Shown here piece by piece: positions 1 through 8,867 of a stretch of 64,000 nucleotides of DNA (its first letter is position 1; every line of letters starts with the position of its first letter). The position numbers were made by a program, and so were the translations under genes. The stretch is from Gemmatimonadota bacterium (GTDB lineage Bacteria > Gemmatimonadota > Gemmatimonadetes > Palauibacterales > Palauibacteraceae): assembly GCA_965116475.1 (NCBI GenBank), contig OZ220691.1:2112001-2176000 (forward strand), read 5' to 3'. The notes beneath the pieces were generated by a model. It did not search any database, was not told the DNA's origin, and saw nothing but the letters and a program-made list of their open reading frames with translations.

Positions 1-339
1 GCGCGGGCGGAGCGGCCGGGCGAGCAGGCCGGTCGATACGCCGAGCTGCTGAGCGAAGCGACCGGGTTCGCGCACCATGCGGGCACCTTCCTCACCGACC
101 ATCGCCGGGCTTTCCAGGCCGCGCGGCGCCTGCGGGGCTGGATGCTCAGCTCCATCATCATCGATCGCCTGAACAAGCGCTTCGGGGCCGAATGGCACCG
201 CAGCGCCGCGGCGGGCAAGTTCCTGCTTGAAGTCCTCTCGGCGGGCCGGCGCGAGGACGCCGCGCAGCTCGCGCCCCAGTTCGGCGTGGAAGGACTCACC
301 CCCGAGATGCTCCTGCCGCGCGTCGAGCGCTGGCAGTGA
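1..339 (+). CDS. 5'-truncated conserved hypothetical protein (C-terminus loosely resembles M3/oligoendopeptidase-like proteins)
   Basis: Frame +1 is open from base 1 to TGA 337-339 (...AARRLRGWMLSSIIIDRLNKRFGAEWHRS...); the start lies outside the window. Confidence 0.6.
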   Translation, partial: ARAERPGEQAGRYAELLSEATGFAHHAGTFLTDHRRAFQAARRLRGWMLSSIIIDRLNKRFGAEWHRSAAAGKFLLEVLSAGRREDAAQLAPQFGVEGLTPEMLLPRVERWQ

Positions 340-386
340 GCGGACAGCAGTGAGCGGACGGCGGAGCGGACGGCGGTGAGCGGGCC
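333..386 (+). repeat. Imperfect tandem repeat (14/14/12/14 bp, GCAGTGAGCGGAC-like) at a gene junction
   Basis: gcagtgagcggaca-gcagtgagcggacg-gcggagcggacg-gcggtgagcgggcc. Confidence 0.85.
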
Positions 387-1422
387 GGGCTGGCCCGGCA
401 GGTTCGCGCTGGGCGCGGCGGCCGGGGTTGCGGGCGTCGCGTGGTGGCTCGCCATGACGCGCCGCAACGAGGCGCTCGTGCGGCCCCCCGTCCGGGACGG
501 CTCCGGCGAGGCGCTCCCCGGCGGTGTCATCGAGTACTCCGACGGCGAGACGGTCGAGTACGTCGACGCGGGGTCGGGAGCAGGGTCGGGAGCGGGGTCG
601 GGGGATGCGCTCGTCTGGATCCCCGGCGCGGACGGGCCGAAGGAGACGTTCCGCTATCAGCTGCCGAACTTCGCCCGGCGCCATCGCGTCGTATGCGCGG
701 ATCTGCGGCGCGAGTTTGCGGTGACGGACGACTTCGACCGCCTGGTCGACGACGTGGCCGAACTCGTCGATGCGCGCGACGTCGACCGCTTCGTGCTCAT
801 CGGAACGAGCCTCGGGAGCGCGATCGCGATGCGCTTCGCGAGCCGGTTTCCGGAGCGCGTGCGGGGGATCGTGCTGTGCAACCCGCTGGCGCGCGTCTCC
901 TACCGCCACGTCGGCTTCAACCGGGCCGCGCTCATCCCCCTCGCCATGGTGACGACCCGATATCTCCCGACGGAAATCTCCCGCGGCCTCGCCCGGGTCT
1001 GGAGCCGTCTCGGCGTGTGGATCTTCGACGACTCGCCGGGTCGGGACGCCCTGATCGAGTACGCGCTCTTCACCGGGCCGCGAACCGTCCGTCCTACGGT
1101 CTCCGACCGCCGCGTCTCCGGCCTGCGGCGGGTCGATCTGCGGACGGACCTGGCGGGCATCGCGGTGCCCGCGCTCGTGGTGAAGGGTCCGCACGACGAG
1201 TATTGTCCGGTGGACTGGGCGCGCGAAATTACCGAACTGCTCCCCGACGCCGAGTACGTCCCCATTCCCGGCACGGGGCACTGCTCGCACATCTCGCGCC
1301 CCGGCGCCTTCAATGGAACGCTGGCGGATTGGTTCCGGCGGCTCCGGGCGCGCGAGGAAGAGGAACGCGAAGAAGAGGAACGCGCGGAAGAGGAAGTGTC
1401 AGTCGAGAGAGGCGACGCATGA
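376..1422 (+). CDS. Alpha/beta hydrolase with N-terminal membrane anchor
   Basis: GTSLG nucleophile elbow, C-terminal D and H (GTGHCSH); AGSG x3 insertion; acidic tail. Confidence 0.85.
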   Translation: MSGPGWPGRFALGAAAGVAGVAWWLAMTRRNEALVRPPVRDGSGEALPGGVIEYSDGETVEYVDAGSGAGSGAGSGDALVWIPGADGPKETFRYQLPNFARRHRVVCADLRREFAVTDDFDRLVDDVAELVDARDVDRFVLIGTSLGSAIAMRFASRFPERVRGIVLCNPLARVSYRHVGFNRAALIPLAMVTTRYLPTEISRGLARVWSRLGVWIFDDSPGRDALIEYALFTGPRTVRPTVSDRRVSGLRRVDLRTDLAGIAVPALVVKGPHDEYCPVDWAREITELLPDAEYVPIPGTGHCSHISRPGAFNGTLADWFRRLRAREEEEREEEERAEEEVSVERGDA

Positions 1423-2906
1423 CGAATCCCGTCTTCAGTTCCCGGGCCGCGATGATGCTGGCCATGCTCGGGATGGCCGTCGGAACCGGCAACATCTGGC
1501 GCTTCCCGCGCATCGCGGCCTCCAACGGCGGCGGCTCCTTCCTCGTCGCCTGGGTCGTGTTCCTCCTCCTCTGGTCCGTGCCCCTGATCCTCGCCGAGTT
1601 CGCCACCGGCAAGGCGACGCGCTCGGGACCGGTTGGAGCGTTCACGAAGCTGGGAGGGAAGAAAACCGCCTGGATGGGCGCCTGGATCGCCTTCATCTCG
1701 ACCGCGATCATGTTCTACTACACGGTCGTGATGGGCTGGACGATCCGGTATCTCGTCGGGGCCGTGACCGGAACCGTGCCGACCGCCCCCTGCGAGGCCG
1801 GGGCTGCGGCGTGCGTCGGGCCGCAGGAGTACTGGGACAGCTTCATCGGCTCCCCGTGGCCCATCCTCACGCACGCGATCGCGATCGCCCTTGCCGTGAT
1901 GGTCGTGCTGCGCGGCGTGAAGGGAATCGAACGCGCCGCGCGCTTCCTCATCCCGAGCCTGCTGCTGCTCGTCCTGGCGCTGACGATCCGGGCGGTCACG
2001 CTCCCGGGAGCGAGCGCGGGCCTCGCGTTCCTCTTCACGCCGGACTGGGCGCAGTTGGGCGATCCCACGATCTGGCTCGAGGCCTTGACGCAGAACGCCT
2101 GGGACACCGGCGCGGGCTGGGGGCTGATCACCGCGTACGCCGTCTACATGAAGAAGCGCGAGGACACGACGCTGAACGCCTTCATGCTCGGGTTCGGGAA
2201 CAACTCCGTGTCGCTGCTGGCCGGGATCATGGTGCTGTGCACGGTGTTCGCGATCCTGCCCAACGCGGCCGACCAGATCGTGGGGGCGGGGAACGAGGGG
2301 CTGACCTTCATCTGGGTGCCGCAACTCTTCGGGCTCATGCCGGGCGGTTCGGTGTTCATGGTCCTCTTCTTCCTCGCGCTCGTGTTCGCGGCCTGGAGCA
2401 GCCTGATCGCGATGATCGAGATGCCCACCCGCGTCCTCGCCGATGCGGGGATCGCGCGCCGGAAGGCGGTGCTGACGATCGGCGGCCTCGGGTTCATCCT
2501 CGGACTGCCGTCGGCGATCTGGATCGAGGTGTTCCGCAACCAGGACTGGGTGTGGGGCGTCGGGCTGATGCTGAGCGGCCTCTTCTTCTCGATCATGATC
2601 ATGCGCCACGGCGTGGACCGCTTCCGCACGCGGCTCGTGAACAGCAGGGGCAGCGATCTCGTGGTCGGAAGGTGGTGGAACGTCGTGATTCGACTCGTGG
2701 CTCTGCAGGCGGTCGTGATCACGGTGTGGTGGCTGTGGCAGTCCGTTGACCTGAACGACCTCGCCGGATCGTTCACGCTGTTCTCCGAGTTCAACGTCGG
2801 CACGGTGCTCATCCAGTGGGCGATCGCCATCGCCGCCTTCCTGGGCCTCAACCGCTGGCTGGCCGCGAACGCCGCGGGCTCGGCGGCTTCGGCGGAAGAC
2901 GCCTGA
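1419..2906 (+). CDS. Sodium-dependent transporter (NSS/SNF family)
   Basis: AVGTGNIWRFP...NGGGSFL signature, GxGLTFI motif, many TM helices; ATG at 1419 overlaps the upstream stop (ATGA). Confidence 0.93.
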   Translation: MTNPVFSSRAAMMLAMLGMAVGTGNIWRFPRIAASNGGGSFLVAWVVFLLLWSVPLILAEFATGKATRSGPVGAFTKLGGKKTAWMGAWIAFISTAIMFYYTVVMGWTIRYLVGAVTGTVPTAPCEAGAAACVGPQEYWDSFIGSPWPILTHAIAIALAVMVVLRGVKGIERAARFLIPSLLLLVLALTIRAVTLPGASAGLAFLFTPDWAQLGDPTIWLEALTQNAWDTGAGWGLITAYAVYMKKREDTTLNAFMLGFGNNSVSLLAGIMVLCTVFAILPNAADQIVGAGNEGLTFIWVPQLFGLMPGGSVFMVLFFLALVFAAWSSLIAMIEMPTRVLADAGIARRKAVLTIGGLGFILGLPSAIWIEVFRNQDWVWGVGLMLSGLFFSIMIMRHGVDRFRTRLVNSRGSDLVVGRWWNVVIRLVALQAVVITVWWLWQSVDLNDLAGSFTLFSEFNVGTVLIQWAIAIAAFLGLNRWLAANAAGSAASAEDA

Positions 2907-2933
2907 CGGGGGCGGCGACCGTTCGATCGCGCT

Positions 2934-3638
2934 GTGAACTTCAACCGATTCGAGACGGCGGCCCGCCGCATGTGGCACGAGATCCCCACGGACGCGCGCG
3001 AGGGGGTCGACGGACTGACGATCGAGCCGGAGTCCGCAAGCCACCCCGATTTCGGCTGGGTGTACACGATGGGGGAGTGCCTCACGGAGGCGTGGCCGAG
3101 CGGTGCCGGCGGGGACGGGGACGTGCGTTCCGAACTCGTCCTCTACCACGGCTCCTTCCGGGCGCTCGCCGAGGACGACCCCGACTTCGACTGGGAGGGC
3201 GAGCTGTGGGAGACGATCCTGCACGAACTGCTGCACCACCGGGAATCCGCCGCCGGGGAGGCCGGTCTGGATGAGGTGGACTGGGCGCACGAGCAGAATC
3301 TGCGCCGGCTCGCGGGAGAGCCCTTCGATCCGGACTTCTGCCGGGCGGTGCCGTCCGGCCCGGACGGCGTCGTGAAGCTGGAATCGGAGCTGTTCGTCGA
3401 GTCGGTGATCGCGGAAAACGCGGATGAAGCCGTCTTCGAATGGCGCGGGCGACGCTACGCGGTGGAGGCTCCGGTGTACGCGAACCGCGCCTTCGTGGAG
3501 GTGCCGAACCTGGCCGGGGGGCGCCTCTGCGTCATCATCCGCCGCCGCCCTCCATGGTGGCGGTTCGGGCGCGGGAAGAACTACCGGCCCGCGCAAGTCT
3601 CCCTCCCGGCGTACCCCCTGCCCGCCGACGACGGCTGA
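2934..3638 (+). CDS. Zincin-like metallopeptidase family protein
   Basis: ETILHELLHH zinc motif preceded by LVLYHGSF, typical of Zincin_1. Confidence 0.75.
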   Translation: MNFNRFETAARRMWHEIPTDAREGVDGLTIEPESASHPDFGWVYTMGECLTEAWPSGAGGDGDVRSELVLYHGSFRALAEDDPDFDWEGELWETILHELLHHRESAAGEAGLDEVDWAHEQNLRRLAGEPFDPDFCRAVPSGPDGVVKLESELFVESVIAENADEAVFEWRGRRYAVEAPVYANRAFVEVPNLAGGRLCVIIRRRPPWWRFGRGKNYRPAQVSLPAYPLPADDG

Positions 3639-4798
3639 TGCCGCTGTTCGGCAGCTTCCGGATCGGGCGCTGGTTCGGCTTCCCCATCCGGATCGACTAC
3701 TCGTGGTTCCCGATCGCGGCGCTCGTGATCTGGACCTTCACCACGCGCGAGTTTCCGCGCGCGCTGCCCTTCTACCCCTCATCCACGTACCTCGCGATGG
3801 GGACGGCGGCGGCGCTCCTCTTCTTCCTCTCCGTGCTCCTGCACGAACTGGGTCACGCCCTCGCGGGCCGGGCTCGGGGCGTGGAGGTCGAGCACATCAC
3901 GCTCTTCATCTTCGGCGGCATCGCGCAGGCGCGCGACGAGGCCCGGCGTCCGCTGGACGAGTTCCTGCTCACCGCGGCGGGGCCGCTGGCGAGCGTGGCC
4001 CTGGCCGGCGCGTTCCACGGAGGGCGGGTGGCGGCGGAGGCCTGGGCCGCCCCGGCGCCCGTGATCGAGGTGCTCGGGTTCCTGGCGCTCCTCAACTTCG
4101 TGCTCGCCGTCTTCAACATGATTCCCGGCTTTCCGCTCGACGGAGGCCGGATCTTCCGCTCCATCGTGTGGGCCGTCACCGGAGATCTCGTCAAGGCCAC
4201 GCGGTGGGCGACACAGGGGGGGCGACTGTTCGGCGGCGCGCTCATCGTGCTCGGGCTCTTCAACCTGACCCGGGGGCAGTTCATCTCCGGCGTGTGGGCG
4301 GCCTTCATCGGCTGGTTCGTGGTCAACGCGGCGTCGTCGAGCCTGCGGCACTTCGAACTCCGCACGCTCCTGCGCCGGATCCCGGTCGCGACGGTCATGA
4401 CCCCCCGCCCCCGCATGATCGAGGCGGCCATGACCGTGGAGCGGGCCATATCCGACTACTTCCTGCGCGGGCGGGAGGAGGCGTATCCGGTCGCGCGCGA
4501 CGGCAGCCTGGTCGGCGTCGTCGAGGCGCGCGCGGTCTCGGCGGTGCCGGAGAAGGTTCGCGCGACGACGCCCGTATCGGCGGTCACGCGACCCGCAGCG
4601 GAGTTCCCCTCGGCCCGTCCCGACGAATCTCTCGCCGACGCCCTGTTCCGGATTCGGGTCCAGGTGTCATACCTGCTCGTGATCGACAACGGGTTCGTGG
4701 TCGGTGCGCTCGACCCGCGGGAGGTCGGCGCCAGAGTGCAGCGGCTGCAGCGGATGGGGCTCGTGAGCCTCGGGTCGCCGTCCGCGAAGAGCGCCTGA
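3638..4798 (+). CDS. Site-2 protease (M50) with C-terminal CBS domains
   Basis: LLHELGH, AGPLAS and NMIPGFPLDGGR motifs, CBS pair; TGATG overlap with upstream gene. Confidence 0.93.
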   Translation: MPLFGSFRIGRWFGFPIRIDYSWFPIAALVIWTFTTREFPRALPFYPSSTYLAMGTAAALLFFLSVLLHELGHALAGRARGVEVEHITLFIFGGIAQARDEARRPLDEFLLTAAGPLASVALAGAFHGGRVAAEAWAAPAPVIEVLGFLALLNFVLAVFNMIPGFPLDGGRIFRSIVWAVTGDLVKATRWATQGGRLFGGALIVLGLFNLTRGQFISGVWAAFIGWFVVNAASSSLRHFELRTLLRRIPVATVMTPRPRMIEAAMTVERAISDYFLRGREEAYPVARDGSLVGVVEARAVSAVPEKVRATTPVSAVTRPAAEFPSARPDESLADALFRIRVQVSYLLVIDNGFVVGALDPREVGARVQRLQRMGLVSLGSPSAKSA

Positions 4799-4802
4799 TC
4801 CC

Positions 4803-5462
4803 GTGCCGCGGCCGCGTTCCTGGAAGGCTCGTTCGGAGTTGGCCGCGGCCCTGTCGCCGCGACTTGCCGCCCTCTACCCGGACCTCACCGTCTCGCTGGA
4901 CTGGGAGACGCCGCTCGAGCTGATCGTCGCGACGGTGCTCTCGGCCCAGTGCACGGACGAGCGGGTGAACCGCGTCACGCGCTCGCTGTTCCCGGCCTAT
5001 CCCGACGCCCGCGCGTACGCCGACGCGCCGCTGGAGGAGCTTCAGGAGGCCGTGCGCCCGACGGGGTTCTTCAACAACAAGGCGCGCCACCTGAAGGGAT
5101 TGGGCCGCCGTCTCGTCGATGTGTACGGCGGGGAGGTCCCGCGGACGATGGAGGAGCTGCTCACGCTGCCGGGCGTCGCCCGCAAGACTGCGAACGTCGT
5201 GCTCTCCAACGCGTTCGGGCTTCACGAGGGCGTGGTCGTGGACACGCACGTGAAGCGGGTCACGCACCGCTTCGGTCTCACGAACGAGGTGGACCCCCCG
5301 AAGGTGGAGAAGGATCTGATGAGGGTGCTGCCGCGCGAGGAATGGCACCCCTTCGCGTGGCGGTCGATCCTGCATGGCCGCACCGTGTGCCACGCCCGGA
5401 AGCCGCGTTGCGCCGAGTGTCCGGTGGCCGATCTGTGCGCGAGCGCCGGGAAGTTCGGGTGA
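4803..5462 (+). CDS. nth: Endonuclease III
   Basis: LSAQCTD, HhH LPGVARKTANVV, VDTHV and C-X6-C-X2-C-X5-C FeS motif. Confidence 0.97.
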   Translation: MPRPRSWKARSELAAALSPRLAALYPDLTVSLDWETPLELIVATVLSAQCTDERVNRVTRSLFPAYPDARAYADAPLEELQEAVRPTGFFNNKARHLKGLGRRLVDVYGGEVPRTMEELLTLPGVARKTANVVLSNAFGLHEGVVVDTHVKRVTHRFGLTNEVDPPKVEKDLMRVLPREEWHPFAWRSILHGRTVCHARKPRCAECPVADLCASAGKFG

Positions 5463-5463
5463 C

Positions 5464-6537
5464 GTGAGTGTCGCCCGCGATGCCGCCGCGCTGAAGCGGG
5501 ACGTGCGCGCCGCCGCGCGGTCCGCCGGGTTCGACCGGGTGGGGTTCGCTCCCGCGGCGCCCCCGGCGCACGCGGGCGTCTACGAGGCCTGGCTCGCCGA
5601 CGGCTACCACGGCGAGATGGCCTACATGGCGCGCGAGGACGCGGTCCGCCGCCGCCTGGACCCGCGAGAGGCCCTTCCCGGCTGCCGGACGCTCATCGTC
5701 GTCAGCCTGCAGTACGGACCGACGCACGCCGGCACGACGACACCGGCGCGGCGGCTGCCGGTCGTCGCCCGCTACGCGCGGGGCCGCGACTACCACGATG
5801 TGTTCGAGGAGCGGCTCGACGCGCTCTCCGCCGCCATCGAAGCGCTTTCCCCCGGCGCGCGCACGAAGCGCTACGTGGACTACGGGCCCGTGCTCGAGCG
5901 GGACCACGCGCAGCGCGCGGGCCTGGGCTGGATCGGCAAGAACACGATGCTCCTCCACCCCGACCTCGGGTCCTATTTCATGCTGGGCGAGTTGCTCACC
6001 GACCTCGAGATCGAACCCGATCCCCCCTTCGTCCCCGACCGCTGCGGCACCTGCCGCCGCTGCATCGACGCCTGCCCGACGGACGCGATTCTGGATGGCC
6101 GCGTTCTCGACGCGCGGCTCTGCATCTCCTATCTCACGATCGAACTCCGGGGTTCCATCCCCGAGGCGCTCCGCCCCGCGATCGGAAACCGTGTGTTCGG
6201 CTGCGACATCTGCCAGGAAGTGTGTCCCTGGAACGCCGACGCGCCCGTGCCCGCGAAGGCGCCGTTCGCGCCCCGCCCCGGCCAGCCGGTGCCGCCTGAC
6301 GACATGATCGCGTGGGCGGAAGAACTCGCCCCCCTCGACGCCGACGAGTTCCGGGCCCGCTACCGCGGCACGGCGTTCAGCCGCCCCGGCCGCGACGGAC
6401 TCCTCCGCAACCTCGCCGTCGGCCTCGGCAACGCCGGCGAACCCGCCGCCCGCCCGATCCTCGACCGACTGCGGGCGGACCCGTCCCCCCTCGTCCGCGA
6501 GCACGCCCGATGGGCGCTCGGCGTGCTCCAGAGTTAG
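5464..6537 (+). CDS. queG: tRNA epoxyqueuosine(34) reductase
   Basis: ARYARGRDYH, VDYGPVLER, GLGWIGKN, CGTCRRCIDACPT, FGCDICQEVCPWN, C-terminal HEAT-like region; GTG start at 5464 inferred. Confidence 0.96.
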   Translation: MSVARDAAALKRDVRAAARSAGFDRVGFAPAAPPAHAGVYEAWLADGYHGEMAYMAREDAVRRRLDPREALPGCRTLIVVSLQYGPTHAGTTTPARRLPVVARYARGRDYHDVFEERLDALSAAIEALSPGARTKRYVDYGPVLERDHAQRAGLGWIGKNTMLLHPDLGSYFMLGELLTDLEIEPDPPFVPDRCGTCRRCIDACPTDAILDGRVLDARLCISYLTIELRGSIPEALRPAIGNRVFGCDICQEVCPWNADAPVPAKAPFAPRPGQPVPPDDMIAWAEELAPLDADEFRARYRGTAFSRPGRDGLLRNLAVGLGNAGEPAARPILDRLRADPSPLVREHARWALGVLQS

Positions 6538-6584
6538 GTTGGATCCGTCGCCAATCAAACGCAGAGAACCGAGGAGAATGACGC

Positions 6585-7667
6585 ATGCCAGGTTATGCCG
6601 TCCTGGGAGAACCGTGGTGGATCGCCCTCGTGTGGATCCTCGTCGCCGGCCACCTCACGAACATGGTCAACACCCTCTATCTGCACCGTTCGGCGACGCA
6701 CGGCGGCGTCGTGTTCCATCCGGTCGTGGAGCACGCGATGCGTTTCTGGTGCTGGCTCACGACCGGGATCGTGACGAAGGAGTGGGTCGCGATCCACCGG
6801 AAGCACCACGCCTATGCGGACCGTGAGGGCGATCCCCATTCGCCCACGCTCGAGGGTCTCGCGAACATCGCATTCGGCGGGCTCTTCTTCTACCGGAAGG
6901 CCGCGAAGGACGAGGTACTGCTGGAGAAGTACGGGAAGGGGACGCCCGACGACTGGGTCGAACGCCACGTCTACTCGAAGCGCCGCGGCCTGGGGCTCAG
7001 GATCATGCTTGTCCTCAGTCTGTATCTGTTCGGGATCATCCCCGGCCTCATCGTCTGGACATGCATGGTGTTCTGGATGCCGATCACGGGGAACATCATC
7101 AACGGCCTCGGACACGCGCTCGGCTACCGGACCTTCGGGACGCGCGACGACAGCCGCAATCTCTATCCGTGGGGGATCTGGATTCTCGGCGAGGAACTCC
7201 ACAACAACCACCACGCGGACCCGCGCTCGGCCAAGTTCAAGGCGCACTGGTGGGAGTTCGACATCGGGTGGTTCTACATCAGGGTCCTCAGCCTCCTTCG
7301 ACTCGCCAACGTGCTTTACGCGCGCACGGCGACCCCCCGGGAATTCGCCGCGAAGTTCTATCGCGATTCGGCGAACCGCGTGAACCGACGCCTCGACCGG
7401 GCGCTGTCGCGCATCCAGCGGACCCGGGAGGCCGGCCTCCTGCGCATCGAACGCGCCCGCGAGGAGCAGTCCCTCAAGCGGCTCGACCGTGCCGCCGCCA
7501 GAGCCCGCGCCCGGCTGGATCGGGTCCGAACCGGCAAGTTCGCGCGCGTCGCCCGGGCGAAGGCGGAAGCCGGCGCTGAACTGGACCGGGCTCGCGAATC
7601 CGCCCGCGCCCGCATCCTCCGTGCCGTGGAGGCGATGACCCTCGAAAGCCAGCCCGCCACGGATTGA
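6585..7667 (+). CDS. Membrane fatty acid (delta-9 acyl-CoA type) desaturase with Arg/Ala-rich C-terminal extension
   Basis: His boxes HRSATH, HRKHH and HNNHH; WWEFDIGW; GAGGAG SD upstream. Confidence 0.92.
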   Translation: MPGYAVLGEPWWIALVWILVAGHLTNMVNTLYLHRSATHGGVVFHPVVEHAMRFWCWLTTGIVTKEWVAIHRKHHAYADREGDPHSPTLEGLANIAFGGLFFYRKAAKDEVLLEKYGKGTPDDWVERHVYSKRRGLGLRIMLVLSLYLFGIIPGLIVWTCMVFWMPITGNIINGLGHALGYRTFGTRDDSRNLYPWGIWILGEELHNNHHADPRSAKFKAHWWEFDIGWFYIRVLSLLRLANVLYARTATPREFAAKFYRDSANRVNRRLDRALSRIQRTREAGLLRIERAREEQSLKRLDRAAARARARLDRVRTGKFARVARAKAEAGAELDRARESARARILRAVEAMTLESQPATD

Positions 7668-7711
7668 CCCCGCCCGCCACGGATTGTAATTTTTAGTCTA
7701 GGCTAAAAATT
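7664..7711 (+). promoter_or_regulatory. Putative sigma70 promoter overlapped by a 24-bp palindromic operator (DtxR/MntR-like)
   Basis: TTGACC(7664)-17 bp-TAATTT(7687); palindrome AATTTTTAG-TCTAGG-CTAAAAATT at 7688-7711. Confidence 0.7.
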
Positions 7712-7760
7712 GGCCCGGGCCGCGGCCCGGACGGGTGTCGGCGGGAAATTCGGAGGACGA

Positions 7761-8867
7761 GTGAGGCCGGAGAGGTTGAGTCGGCGCGACTGGCTGAAGC
7801 TGGGCGCCGCGGGCGTTGCGGGCGTTTCGGGCGCGACGGTGCTGGATCTGGCCTCGCGGGGCGGCGCGCGCGAGGCCCTGGCGGCCAGCGGCGCCATGCC
7901 GCGCGGGCCTGGAGCGGATGGCGCCGTGGCGGGCTCGCACGCGGTGCACCAGGAGGCGATGGGGATCGTCGGCCTGCCCGGGCCCGACGGCGCGTTCGAT
8001 CCGGGGGCCTTCCTGACCGACTTCGACTACGGCGAGGTCACGACCCGGGCCGACGGGCGCGTCGTGCGCCGGTGGCAGATCGTGTCGCTCGACCGGGAGA
8101 TCGAGATCGCGCCCGGCGTCTTCTTCCCGGCGTGGACCTACAATGGGCAGGTGCCGGGCCCGACCCTGCGCTGCACGGAGGGGGACATCCTCCAGGTCGA
8201 GTTCACGAACGCGGGCTCCCACCCCCACACCATCCACTTCCATGGCACGCACCCGCCGGAGATGGACGGTTTCGAACCCATCGTGGAACCGGGGCAGCGT
8301 TTCACCTACGAGTTCGAGGCGAAGCCGTTCGGGCTCCACCTGTACCACTGCCACACGATGCCGCTCAAGCGGCATATCCATAAGGGACTGTACGGGACGT
8401 TCATCGTCGATCCGCCCGAAGGCCGGGAGCCGGCGCGGGAGATGGTCATGGTGATGAACGCGTTCGACAGCAACCTGGACGGCGACAACGAGGTGTACGC
8501 GGTCAACACGTCGGCCTTCTACTACCACCACCACCCGGTGCGCGTGGGCGTGAACGACCTGTGCCGCATCTATCTCGTGAACACGACCGAGTTCGACCTC
8601 ATCAACTCGTTCCACCTGCACGCAGGCATGTTCAAGGTGTTCCGGACGGGGACGCGGCCGGACCAGTACGAACTCACGGACACGATCATGATGTGCCAGG
8701 GCGAGCGGCATGTCCTCGAGTTCCGGCTCGAGAACCCCGGCGCGCACATGTTCCACGCGCACCAGAGCGAGTTCGCGGAACTGGGCTGGATGGGCTTTTT
8801 CGAGGCAGTCGAGCGGCTCGCCGCCAGCGAGGGCGTGCCCGTGGGCCCCGCGCCGCGCGATGTCTGA
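7761..8867 (+). CDS. Tat-exported small (two-domain) multicopper oxidase
   Basis: SRRDWLK Tat motif; HTIHFHG, YHCH, FHLHA and FHAHQ copper motifs; GGAGGA SD before GTG 7761. Confidence 0.9.
   Translation: MRPERLSRRDWLKLGAAGVAGVSGATVLDLASRGGAREALAASGAMPRGPGADGAVAGSHAVHQEAMGIVGLPGPDGAFDPGAFLTDFDYGEVTTRADGRVVRRWQIVSLDREIEIAPGVFFPAWTYNGQVPGPTLRCTEGDILQVEFTNAGSHPHTIHFHGTHPPEMDGFEPIVEPGQRFTYEFEAKPFGLHLYHCHTMPLKRHIHKGLYGTFIVDPPEGREPAREMVMVMNAFDSNLDGDNEVYAVNTSAFYYHHHPVRVGVNDLCRIYLVNTTEFDLINSFHLHAGMFKVFRTGTRPDQYELTDTIMMCQGERHVLEFRLENPGAHMFHAHQSEFAELGWMGFFEAVERLAASEGVPVGPAPRDV

Noticed and set aside
333..386. Possible CRISPR-like repeat
   Set aside because: Units are 12-14 bp with no spacers, and no cas genes are present
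441..1418. N-terminal extensions in the ORF track that look like fusions (also 33729-34220, 52047-52688, 51928-52599, 52545-52955)
   Set aside because: Extensions overlap neighbouring real genes; stop/start overlaps or SD-supported internal starts give normal-sized proteins
900..3596. Very long antisense and alternate-frame ORFs (e.g. 900-3596 -, 14548-16794 -, 20267-23194 +, 28025-30172 +)
   Set aside because: Shadow ORFs expected at high GC; Arg/Pro/Gly-rich without motifs and fully overlapping well-supported genes
7761..8867. Copper nitrite reductase (nirK) call
   Set aside because: Motif pattern with extra His pairs in domain 2 and the ZIP/operator context fit a two-domain MCO better; cannot assign nirK without a profile search
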